A DNA stretch of 64,000 bases from Myxococcota bacterium (lineage in GTDB: Bacteria > Myxococcota_A > Polyangia > Nannocystales > Nannocystaceae), in the NCBI GenBank assembly GCA_039028615.1, contig JBCCHT010000006.1, positions 128,001 through 192,000 on the forward strand, written 5' to 3'. The position numbers and the translations under genes were made by a program. The notes under the pieces are model-generated. The model made no database searches. It saw nothing but the letters and a program-made list of their open reading frames with translations, and was not told the DNA's origin. Below, piece after piece: positions 1 through 8,552 of the stretch. Each line of letters opens with the position of its first letter. Position 1 is the stretch's first letter.

Positions 1-269
1 ACTCCGATCAGTTCGCCTGCTGCGTGACGCTATACGAGGCGCTGTTCAACGAGCGCCCCTTCCCCGGTCGCACCCCGGCCGAGCTCGCGTATCACGTCAT
101 GCGAGGCGAGCGTCGACCCAAGCCGGTTCGCTCCGGCGTCCCGGCGTGGCTGCACCAGATCGTCAACCGCGGGCTCGCCCTGGTCGGGGCCGCGCGCTGG
201 CCTTCGACCCGCGCCTTCGCCGAGGCGCTCGACGAAGGCCTCCGCCGGCACTCGCCCAGCAACAGCTGA
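1..269 (+). CDS. Ser/Thr protein kinase, C-terminal end (partial, begins before the window)
   Basis: The frame from base 3 reads SDQFACCVTLYEALFNERPF...RGLA...RWPS, i.e. kinase subdomains IX-XI. It closely resembles the same segment of the kinase at 8553-11585. Confidence 0.85.
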   Translation, partial: SDQFACCVTLYEALFNERPFPGRTPAELAYHVMRGERRPKPVRSGVPAWLHQIVNRGLALVGAARWPSTRAFAEALDEGLRRHSPSNS

Positions 270-404
270 TCGCGGTCGTCCCCGGCCACCGCCGTAGGGC
301 CGAATCGCGGCGCCCAGAGGGTCGTCGCGCATCGTATTGCGCAGCTCGGGAACCTTTGCTTCGGCGTGCTGTCACTGGTGGCACAGACCCGGAGGATTGT
401 TTCG

Positions 405-2975
405 ATGTCCCGTTTCGCGCCCGTTTGGGGGCTCGCATTCGGGGTGTTCGCGGTCGCGTGCACCCCGGTCGGCGCCCCACCCCTGGATCTCGAGTACCCC
501 GAGGACGATGACTTCGTCGACCACGACGAGCTCGTACCCGAGCAAGAGGTCGAAGACGCCGACGACGAGGCCGAGGTCGACCCCGAGCCCGTCGCCGAGC
601 TTCCCGACGATCTGTGCGCAGGCCGTGCAGGCACCGGGGAAGCGGTCGAGGTCGATGATCCGCAAGAGCCCGGCGCAGGGCGGCTGCTCACCGAGCTGCC
701 CAACGGCAAGGTCATGGCGCTGCCCCTGCGGCACACCAGCTTCGAGACCATCGTGGTCGGCACCGTGGCCGAGACCACGGTGACGCAGCAATTCGACAAC
801 CCGCTCGAGGAGTCGGTCGACGTCCTGTACACCTTCCCGCTGCCGCACGACGGAGCGGTCGACGACTACTGGATGCAGGTGGGCAAGCGTCGGATCGCGG
901 GCGAGATCCACCGTCGCAAGGACGCCGAGAAGATCTACGAGGAGGCCAAAGAGAAGGGGCAGCGTGCCGGTCTGCTGACCCAAGAGCGGCCCAACATCTT
1001 CACCCAACACGTCGCCAACATCCGGCCCGGAGAGTCGATCGCGGTCAGCATGCATGTCGTGCAGCCGCTGCGCCCCGACGAAGGGCGCTACGAGCTGGTC
1101 CTGCCCACCGTGGTCGGTCCTCGCTTCATCCCTGGCAACCCCACCGGTGGCGCGCCGTCGGGCTCGGGCATGCTCGCGGATACCGACGCGGTGCCCGATG
1201 CCTCGCGCATCACCCCCCCGATCTTGCCGAAGGGCTTCCGCAGCTGCGGCGACCTGGAGATCGAGGTCTCCATCGACGCGGGCGGGCCCATCACCGCGCT
1301 GGCGACCACGTCGCACCGCATCGAGGCCGAGGTCGACGATCTGGGCGCCCAGATCCGGCTCGACGAGCGCTACGCCCTGCTCAACCGCGACTTCGTTCTC
1401 TCGTGGCGTCGCGAGGGCAGCGAGCCCAAGGCCACCCTGCAGGCGCAGCCCGATGCCGATGGTGACGGCGGCTACTTCACGCTCACCGTTCAGCCGCCGC
1501 GCACCATCGACCCCGACCAGGTCCCCGGCCGCGAGATCGTGTTCGTGCTCGACACCTCGGGCTCGATGTCGGGCGCCCCGATGGACATGGCCAAGGCCAC
1601 CATGCGGCGCTTCATCGGCGGCCTCGGCCCCGACGACGCGTTCCAGGTCGTCCGCTTCTCCGAGTCCGCCTCCGGGCTCGGTGAAGAGATGCTCGAGGTC
1701 ACCCCCGACAACGTCACACGAGCCCTGGAGTACGTCGAAGCCCTGTCGGGCGGCGGTGGTACCCGCATGACCGAGGGCATCCGCGCCTCGCTCGGCCTGC
1801 CGCACCGCAGCGATCGCCTGCGCTACGTCGTGTTCCTGACCGACGGCTACATCGGCAACGAGTCCGAGATCTTCGAGCTCATCTCCGAGCAGATCGGGGA
1901 GGCACGCCTGTTCTCGTTGGGCGTCGGCTCCTCGGTCAACCGCTACCTCCTCGATGGCATGGCTCGCATGGGGCGGGGCAGCGTCACCTACGTCGACCTC
2001 GATCAGCCCACCGCACCGGTCGTCGAGCGCATCTACGACAAGCTACGTCAGCCCGCGCTGGTCGACCTCGAGGTCGACGTCGAAGGCCTCGATGTCCGCA
2101 CCATGGTGCCCAGCGTCGTCCCCGACCTCTTCGTCGGTGAGCCCGTGGTCCTCTTCGGCCGCTACGAGGGCACGCTGGACGGTGAAGTCACCGTGCGTGG
2201 CCGCCAGGGCAGCGAGCGCCTCGAGCTCCCCGTGCCCCTGCGGGCGGTCCGAGACGAAGACTCCGAGGGCGTGCGTTCCATGTGGGCCCGCGAGAGCATC
2301 GACGATCTGCTGCTCGACCCCACGCTGGCGTGGGCCGGCGAGCCCCGCAAGGGCGCGGTGAAAAAGCAGGTCATCGCCCTGTCGCTCGAGCACCGGGTGC
2401 TCACCGAGTACACCGCGTTCGTCACCGTCGATCGCACCCGCGTGGTCGATGGCCGCAGCCGGGGCAAGACCCTCGTGCAGGGCGTCGAGATGGCGGCCGG
2501 CGTCGCCCATGAGTCCAGCTGGGGTCACGTCGGGCTCCCGCCGAGCTCCAACACCGGCCTCATCGGCAAGGGCGGCGGCGGAGGCACGGGCAGCGGCTAC
2601 GGTCGCGGATCGGGCACGGGCTTCGGGGGTCGCGGCAAGCGAGTGCCCCGCGTGCGCCAGGCCAAGGCCCGGGTCATGGGCTCCATCGACCGCTCCATCA
2701 TCCGCCGCATCGTGCGGGCCCACATCAACGAGGTCCGGCGCTGCTACAACCAGGGGCTGGTCCAGGACCCGAACCTCTCCGGGCGCGTCGCGATCCAGTT
2801 CGTCATCGGCGCCAACGGCAAGGTCGAGGCGGCGATGGTCAACGAGACCACCCTCAAGAACAAGAAGGTGGGCAACTGCATCGCCAAGGCGGTCAAGACC
2901 TGGAAGTTCCCCACGCCCGCCGAGGGGAGCGGCAAGGTCGTGGTGACCTACCCCTTCGTGCTCAACCCGGGCTGA
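405..2975 (+). CDS. Lipoprotein with VIT + vWA domains and a C-terminal AgmX/PglI (TonB-C-like) domain
   Basis: GGAGGA RBS at 391-396 and lipobox AVAC. VIT motifs (YTFPLP, GLLTQERPNIF), MIDAS DTSGSM and LTDG. A Gly-rich linker is followed by IIRRIVRAHINEVRRCY...WKFP...VTYPF. Confidence 0.88.
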   Translation: MSRFAPVWGLAFGVFAVACTPVGAPPLDLEYPEDDDFVDHDELVPEQEVEDADDEAEVDPEPVAELPDDLCAGRAGTGEAVEVDDPQEPGAGRLLTELPNGKVMALPLRHTSFETIVVGTVAETTVTQQFDNPLEESVDVLYTFPLPHDGAVDDYWMQVGKRRIAGEIHRRKDAEKIYEEAKEKGQRAGLLTQERPNIFTQHVANIRPGESIAVSMHVVQPLRPDEGRYELVLPTVVGPRFIPGNPTGGAPSGSGMLADTDAVPDASRITPPILPKGFRSCGDLEIEVSIDAGGPITALATTSHRIEAEVDDLGAQIRLDERYALLNRDFVLSWRREGSEPKATLQAQPDADGDGGYFTLTVQPPRTIDPDQVPGREIVFVLDTSGSMSGAPMDMAKATMRRFIGGLGPDDAFQVVRFSESASGLGEEMLEVTPDNVTRALEYVEALSGGGGTRMTEGIRASLGLPHRSDRLRYVVFLTDGYIGNESEIFELISEQIGEARLFSLGVGSSVNRYLLDGMARMGRGSVTYVDLDQPTAPVVERIYDKLRQPALVDLEVDVEGLDVRTMVPSVVPDLFVGEPVVLFGRYEGTLDGEVTVRGRQGSERLELPVPLRAVRDEDSEGVRSMWARESIDDLLLDPTLAWAGEPRKGAVKKQVIALSLEHRVLTEYTAFVTVDRTRVVDGRSRGKTLVQGVEMAAGVAHESSWGHVGLPPSSNTGLIGKGGGGGTGSGYGRGSGTGFGGRGKRVPRVRQAKARVMGSIDRSIIRRIVRAHINEVRRCYNQGLVQDPNLSGRVAIQFVIGANGKVEAAMVNETTLKNKKVGNCIAKAVKTWKFPTPAEGSGKVVVTYPFVLNPG

Positions 2976-2993
2976 ACGAAGGCACCCACGACG

Positions 2994-3028
2994 AGGGCTC
3001 GCGATGGTCGACCATCGCGGGCCCTTTT
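2994..3028 (+). terminator. Intrinsic terminator between convergent genes
   Basis: Near-perfect inverted repeat AGGGCTCGCGATGGT-CG-ACCATCGCGGGCCCT running into a T tract. Confidence 0.7.
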
Positions 3029-3047
3029 GCGTGCGGAAGAGTCGGCC

Positions 3048-3758
3048 TCAGCCCTCGCTGGTCCGAGGCCAGCGCCCGTAGTGGTAGTCGATGGCGTCGA
3101 GGAACTCGCGCGAGTAGGCGCGACGGCGGGCGATCTTCCGGTAGAAGACCTCGCCCTCGGTATCGACGATGTACACCGCATGCAGGGCCAGCTCGGGCAC
3201 GTCCGGGTTCACCAGGCCGAACTCGCGGATGAGCTTCATGTCGGGGTCGCTGCCCAGCGGCATGGTCAGCCCCTTCTTCTCCGCCCAGGGCAGGCTGTTT
3301 TCGGGGACGTCCACGCTCACCGCGAACACGGTCACGCCGCGCTCGTCGAAGTCCGCCATGTGTTCTTGCAGATCACCTATCTGCGTGTTGCAGGCGGGTC
3401 ACCAAAAGCCCCGGTAGAACATCACCAGCACGGGGCCGGCCTTGCGCGCCTGGGCGAGTGAGAACGAGCCGCCGTCGGCCAGCGCCACCTCGAAGTCGGG
3501 GAGCTTGGCGCCCATGCCCGGGGCACCGGGGGCATCGCCATAGGCTCCGTAGGCCGGATCGGTGATCGCCATCGGGGCCTTGCTGCGACTGCTCGGCTTG
3601 TACATCGGCGGGGGCGGCCCCTCGGGCTCGGCCTGCTCCGCGGCGGTGGGCGGCGCGGAGGGAGCCTCGGACTCCCCCGGGCTCGAGGACGAGGTCCCGC
3701 CACAGGCGAGGCCGAAGACGCTCAGCAACAGACCAGGGATCGCATTGGGTCGGGTCAT
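3048..3758 (-). CDS. Selenocysteine-containing peroxiredoxin-like (AhpC/TSA, redoxin) lipoprotein; TGA at 3401-3399 read as Sec
   Basis: The ORFs ending at 3399 and at 3048 are in the same frame. Read-through gives ...LVMFYRGFW-U-PACNTQIGDLQEHMADFDERGVTVFAVSVD..., the family FYRGxWCPxC motif with U at the first Cys. N-terminal lipobox GLAC; 236 aa. Confidence 0.88.
3368..3384 (-). promoter_or_regulatory. Bacterial SECIS-like hairpin
   Basis: On the minus strand GCAGAT-AGGTG-ATCTGC begins 14 nt after the UGA: perfect 6-bp stem with a G-containing loop 20 nt from the UGA. Confidence 0.75.
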
Positions 3759-3837
3759 GGGCGGCAGGGCTCGAGTCGGAAGCGTACCGAATCCGCGCGA
3801 GGTTACTCGGCGGAGTTCACGCTGGCATTTTGCCTTC

Positions 3838-3863
3838 GATCCGAGCCCGGGCGCGCGCCGTAA
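3838..3863 (+). promoter_or_regulatory. Possible ECF sigma promoter for the HupE/UreJ-DUF4331 operon
   Basis: GATCC-N16-CGTAA upstream of the ATG at 3920, resembling SigK-like ECF promoter architecture. Pattern match only. Confidence 0.35.
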
Positions 3864-3919
3864 GGGACCTTGCCAGCCGGGAACACCGACACCTCCCACC
3901 TTCCCCGACGCCGACCGCC

Positions 3920-5050
3920 ATGCCTTCATTTGCCTCGCTGCTGCCTCGGAGCGCCCGTTCGCGGGCCTTCGCCACCCTCGCCGTCGCCGGCGTGGGCCTG
4001 GTTCCCGCGCTCGCCTCCGGTCACGCCAGCCCCCGCGCCCGAGTCCACGCCGAGTCCACCGAGACCGGCGCATCGGTGCGGGTCGAGGTCGACGCGGTCG
4101 ATGCCGCGGTCGCGCTGGGTCTGGGCACGTCGATCGAGCCCGACGAGCTGAGCACCCACGCCCCGCTCGTTCGCCGCTGGCTCGCGCAGGGCCTCCGGGT
4201 GGATGACGAAGCCGGCCCTTGCCGCGCCCGCCCCCAAGCGCCCGTGCTCCGCGGTGAAGACATCGACGCGGTGGTGAGCCTCGACGTCGACTACCTCTGC
4301 CCGGAGAGCTCCGGCGCGGTCGTGCTGCACGACGATGGTTTCGCCGACGAAGGCCCCACCCACGAGACCTTCGTCTCCGTTCGCCAGGGTGACCGGGTCA
4401 GCGCGCATGTGCTGCGTCGCGACGCCTCCAGCGTCAGCCTCGGTCGCCCGCCTCGTGCCTCCGAGACCGCCGCCACCTTCGTGGGCGAGGGCGCCCGGCA
4501 CCTCGTCGCCGGCTACGACCACCTGCTCTTTCTGATCTCGCTGATCCTCGGCGCGGGACTGCTCGTCGAGCGCGAGGGCCTCCGGCGGGCACTGGTCGAC
4601 GTCGCCAGGGTCGTCACCGCCTTCACCCTCGGCCACAGCCTGAGCCTCGGCGCCGCGGCCCTCGGCCTCGTCGTGCTACCCGAGCGTGCGGTCGAGCTCG
4701 CGATCGCCGGATCCATCGTGCTCGTCGCGATGAGCAATGTCGTGCGCCCCAAGGCCGCCGCCAATTCCTGGCTGGCCGGCGCCTTCGGCCTGCTGCACGG
4801 CTTCGGCTTCTCCTCGGTCCTGATGGAGCTGGGTCTGCCCCCCACCCATCGGGTCCTCGCCTTGCTGTCGTTCAACGTCGGCATCGAGCTCGCGCAGCTG
4901 GCCTTCGTCGCCATCGTGTTGATGCCGCTGTCCGTCGCGGCGCGCTCTGCCGCCTACCAACGCTTCGTGCTCCAGGGTGCATCCCTGGCGATCGCGGCCT
5001 GCGGTGGTCTGTGGGTCATCGAGCGCAGCCTCGGTCTGTTTGTGTCCTAG
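3920..5050 (+). CDS. HupE/UreJ family membrane protein with an N-terminal extracytoplasmic domain
   Basis: Motifs EGARHLVAGYDHLLFL, VTAFTLGHSLSL, FGLLHGFGF, FNVGIELAQL; several TM helices. Confidence 0.88.
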   Translation: MPSFASLLPRSARSRAFATLAVAGVGLVPALASGHASPRARVHAESTETGASVRVEVDAVDAAVALGLGTSIEPDELSTHAPLVRRWLAQGLRVDDEAGPCRARPQAPVLRGEDIDAVVSLDVDYLCPESSGAVVLHDDGFADEGPTHETFVSVRQGDRVSAHVLRRDASSVSLGRPPRASETAATFVGEGARHLVAGYDHLLFLISLILGAGLLVEREGLRRALVDVARVVTAFTLGHSLSLGAAALGLVVLPERAVELAIAGSIVLVAMSNVVRPKAAANSWLAGAFGLLHGFGFSSVLMELGLPPTHRVLALLSFNVGIELAQLAFVAIVLMPLSVAARSAAYQRFVLQGASLAIAACGGLWVIERSLGLFVS

Positions 5051-5125
5051 GCCCTCGCGGCCTCCATAACCCCCTCGAGTCCGGCGATCCGTCTCACCGC
5101 GGCGCATCGCCACGGAGCAATCCCC

Positions 5126-6094
5126 ATGCAACAACGAACATGCATCCTGCCCTGCGCTCTCGTGCTCGTCACGATCGCCGGCTGTACCACGGAGGGCGAC
5201 ACCGCGTTGCCCACCACCCCCCCGACCCACGTCGAGCTCGTCGCCGACAGCGGCTTTCGCCACGCGGGCGCCGTGGCGGCGAGCCCCGACGGGCAGACCT
5301 TCTACACGACCGCCTACGACGACGACGATCGGCCCGGCATCTTCGCCATCGATGCCGAGAGCGGGAGCGTGACCGCCCTGCACGTGGGCGAGCCGCTGCT
5401 CTATCCCACCGATCTGACCCTCTCCTGCGACGGCGGCACCCTTTATGTGTCCGACCAGGGCATCGGCAGCTCGGACACCGAGTTCGGCGACCCCACCACG
5501 CCCACCGACACGACGGGAGGCATCCACACCCTCAGCACGGCGGGCGGCTCCATTGCCACGCTGGCCGCCCACGGCATCTCCCGGGCCGCGGGAGTCGTGC
5601 TCGATCCCGAGTGCGAGACGCTCTACATCACGGGCGACACCGAGATGTTCCGCCCCGCGCTGTTCACCGTCCCCGTGGGCGGAGGCTCGGCCACCATCGT
5701 GCACGAAGGCGCGCCCCTGGTCTCCCCCACCGGTCTGCACGTCGACGCGGACCAGATCGCCTGGGTCATGGACCACGGCGCCCGCAACGAGCAAGGCGAA
5801 GGCCTGCTCTTTTCCATCAGCCTCGATGGCGAGGTCGGCGAGGTGGTGGGAGGCCTGGGCATGGGTCGTCATGGCGGCGTCTCCCTCGTTCCCGGAGGCA
5901 CCACCGCCGTCATCCCCGTTCGCGACGAGCGTGGTCAGTCGCAGCTGCTGACCGCCAACACGGCCACGGGCGAGGTCAGCTCCTTGCCCACGCCCGACAT
6001 CACCCATCCCACGGGTGTCGCCTCTGCCCGCAACGCTCCGGTGATGGTCGTCGCCGGAGAGCAGTCCATCAGCATCGCCACCTTCGAGCCCTAG
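5126..6094 (+). CDS. Beta-propeller lipoprotein (NHL/SMP-30-like)
   Basis: Lipobox IAGC and repeated blade-like motifs (SPDGQTFY, SCDGGTLYVSD, DPECETLYIT, SPTGLHVD, HPTGVAS). Confidence 0.7.
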   Translation: MQQRTCILPCALVLVTIAGCTTEGDTALPTTPPTHVELVADSGFRHAGAVAASPDGQTFYTTAYDDDDRPGIFAIDAESGSVTALHVGEPLLYPTDLTLSCDGGTLYVSDQGIGSSDTEFGDPTTPTDTTGGIHTLSTAGGSIATLAAHGISRAAGVVLDPECETLYITGDTEMFRPALFTVPVGGGSATIVHEGAPLVSPTGLHVDADQIAWVMDHGARNEQGEGLLFSISLDGEVGEVVGGLGMGRHGGVSLVPGGTTAVIPVRDERGQSQLLTANTATGEVSSLPTPDITHPTGVASARNAPVMVVAGEQSISIATFEP

Positions 6095-6102
6095 GAGCCA
6101 TC

Positions 6103-7392
6103 ATGTCCATCTTCAGCCGTACCCTCGTTTCCTCCTGTGTCGCCCTCGCGGCCTTCGCCGGTCTCCCCTCGCTGGCCGAGGCCTCCAGCCACCGCGAGGC
6201 CCCCTCGATCGCCGAAGATCAATTCGCCGACAACACCGACGTCTACGCCTTCATCAGCCCCACCGACCCCGACAACCTGGTGATGGTGGCCAACTACGTG
6301 CCGCTGCTCATCCCCCACTCGGGGCCCAACTTCTACCGCTTCTCCGACAACGTGCGGTACGAGATCCTGATCGACAGCGACGGTGATGCCTACGCGGACA
6401 CCGTGTATCACTGGGTCTTTCACACCACGACCAGCAACGGCCAGACCTTCCTGTACAACACCGGCCCCATCAACTCGCTGACCGACGCCAACCTCAACGT
6501 CCGCCAGACCTACGACCTGTACAAGGCGGTCATCGGCCCCGGCGGATCCAAGGAGGTCACCAAGGTCGTCGAGGATGCCCCCGTCGCCCCCTGGCATGTC
6601 GGCGACCGCAGCTTCTCCGACTATGAAGGGGTCGCCCAAGAGGCCATCACTCCCACCGCCGACGGCGGCATGGTGTTCGCAGGGCCGCGCGACGAGCCCT
6701 TCTTCGTGGACCTGCACGTGTTCGACCTGCTCGGTGTCGGTGGAGCGCCGACCACCGATGGCGTCAATGTCATGTCGCTCGTGCTCGAGATCCCGATCAC
6801 CGAGCTGACCGGTGGCGAACGCCCCGCGGCGGGCTCCGATGGTCCCGACTCGGTCGTCGGAATCTACGCTCGATCCAAGCGCCCCAAGGTCACCGTGCGT
6901 ACCCCCTACGCCTTCGACATCAACGGGGGTGGCTTCCAGCAGGTCTCTCGCTTGGCCTGGCCGCTGATCAACGAGGTCGTCGTGCCCTTGCAGGACAAGG
7001 ACCTGTACAACCGCACGCACCCCGCCGATGACGTCGCCAACTTCGGCGCCTATATCCTCGACCCGGAGCTGCCCGGCCTGCTCAACGGTGTGCTCGGAGC
7101 CGGCTGTGCCCCCACCCCCGAAGGAGGTCGTACCGACATCGTGGGGCTGCTGTCGCCCAACGGCACCACCCCCGCCGATCTGCTACGCATCAACATCACC
7201 GAGGGGCAGACCTTTGAGAACAGCGGCTTCCCCAACGGCCGTACGCTCTCCGACGACGTCACCGACACCCTGCTGACCGTGGTCTGCAACAACGGTGCGC
7301 CGCTGGGTGATGGTGTGGATGGCAACGACCTGCCCTTCCTCGACGCCATGCCCTATCTCGCGTCGCCGCACTCCGGCAACCCGCTGAACTGA
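6103..7392 (+). CDS. DUF4331 family secreted protein
   Basis: AGGAG RBS and signal peptide, then the hallmark ASSHREAP...DNTDVYAF, FAGPRDEPFFVDL, GFPNGRTLSDDV and PYLASPH. The ORF-track extension to 5011 is spurious. Confidence 0.9.
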   Translation: MSIFSRTLVSSCVALAAFAGLPSLAEASSHREAPSIAEDQFADNTDVYAFISPTDPDNLVMVANYVPLLIPHSGPNFYRFSDNVRYEILIDSDGDAYADTVYHWVFHTTTSNGQTFLYNTGPINSLTDANLNVRQTYDLYKAVIGPGGSKEVTKVVEDAPVAPWHVGDRSFSDYEGVAQEAITPTADGGMVFAGPRDEPFFVDLHVFDLLGVGGAPTTDGVNVMSLVLEIPITELTGGERPAAGSDGPDSVVGIYARSKRPKVTVRTPYAFDINGGGFQQVSRLAWPLINEVVVPLQDKDLYNRTHPADDVANFGAYILDPELPGLLNGVLGAGCAPTPEGGRTDIVGLLSPNGTTPADLLRINITEGQTFENSGFPNGRTLSDDVTDTLLTVVCNNGAPLGDGVDGNDLPFLDAMPYLASPHSGNPLN

Positions 7393-7431
7393 CGCCAGCT
7401 CGACTCGGCGCCAACCGTCGATTCCTGCCAC

Positions 7432-7459
7432 GCGGCGATGCTCGAAGGAGCATCGCCGC
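7432..7459. terminator. Strong hairpin (terminator or mRNA stabiliser) after the DUF4331 gene
   Basis: Perfect 12-bp stem GCGGCGATGCTC-GAAG-GAGCATCGCCGC; weak U tract. Confidence 0.55.
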
Positions 7460-7591
7460 TCGTTCATCTGCCGGTGTCATTGCCTGATGGAAGGTCCCTC
7501 ACCGAGGCCCGCGGATCACCGATTGGGCGATAAATCTTTTCGCTTTGGATCGAGTTGCCGCCCCTACGACGCCCCCCTATGTTGACCTCGT

Positions 7592-8542
7592 ATGGATGGG
7601 ATACGGGTTCGTTGTTTGGCTCTGCTCTACGTGGGTTCGACGCTCGCATGCGCGGCGGGTACCGATTCGGGCAGGCCATTTTCTTTCGATTCGACCACCC
7701 CCGCGGCGGAGTCCGGCGATGCGATGGACTCCGAGCCCGGGACCGATGGCGACGCACAGGCCGAGGGGGCCAGCGGGGGCAACGATGGTGATTCAGGAGA
7801 CACCGACGGGGGATTCGAGACCGATACGGGGGACGACGAGCCTCTGCCCGAGTGCCCCGCCCCCGATGGCTCGGTCACCGCGGGCTTCGTCGTGTCCATC
7901 GACCGCGAGCCCGTCGTCATCGACTATTCCGAGCACTCCGCACCCGCGCCCTTCGTACCCCTGGCGTGGAACATCCGTGACTCCGAGCCGGAAATCGACT
8001 CGACCTGCGTGCTCACCGAGATGACCACTACCACGCTGGGGCTCGAGTGCGACGACACCACGGGGATCCAGCGCAGCATCTCGATCGACCTCATGGGCTC
8101 GGAGGCGCTGTCCACCAATGTCGGCACGGCCGCGGTGCACTTTTGGTACATGGCCGAGCACATCGGCGACATGCTCGAGGCCAACCCCGACACCATCGCC
8201 AACTCGTTCGTCGTTTCGAACGACGAGGGCGTAGTGCTCGCGGGGATCGATGGGCGCTATGCCGCGATCAATGCGTTCATGAGTACCGCCTGGCCGTCGC
8301 CGCTCTCTGGCTCGAACGGCGGCGAGCCCTGCAGCGGCGCCACCCCGACTCCGGGGCTGCGCACCATGGCCACCATCGGCGTGGGCGCGGGACAGCAGCT
8401 GCAGTCGTACGACGGTACGGCGACCAACCTCGGCGAGTATCGGGCGCTGATCGAGCGTTCCACCACCGAGCGCTCGCCCGATCCGCTCGGCGAAGAAGGC
8501 GATGTCCATATCGGTCGTTGGCTGCTGGGACGACCGGGCTGA
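7592..8542 (+). CDS. Hypothetical lipoprotein with an acidic Gly/Thr linker
   Basis: Signal peptide ending TLAC, D/E/G/T-rich linker, then a beta-rich domain. TATGTT lies 8 nt upstream of the ATG. Confidence 0.7.
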   Translation: MDGIRVRCLALLYVGSTLACAAGTDSGRPFSFDSTTPAAESGDAMDSEPGTDGDAQAEGASGGNDGDSGDTDGGFETDTGDDEPLPECPAPDGSVTAGFVVSIDREPVVIDYSEHSAPAPFVPLAWNIRDSEPEIDSTCVLTEMTTTTLGLECDDTTGIQRSISIDLMGSEALSTNVGTAAVHFWYMAEHIGDMLEANPDTIANSFVVSNDEGVVLAGIDGRYAAINAFMSTAWPSPLSGSNGGEPCSGATPTPGLRTMATIGVGAGQQLQSYDGTATNLGEYRALIERSTTERSPDPLGEEGDVHIGRWLLGRPG

Positions 8543-8552
8543 CCGCGAGCGC

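Noticed and set aside
3048..4073. Two separate ORFs (3048-3359 and 3399-4073) or a nonsense pseudogene
   Set aside because: The TGA falls exactly on the catalytic Cys position and is followed by a SECIS-like hairpin, so one Sec-containing gene is the better reading. The extension beyond 3758 overlaps the divergent gene.
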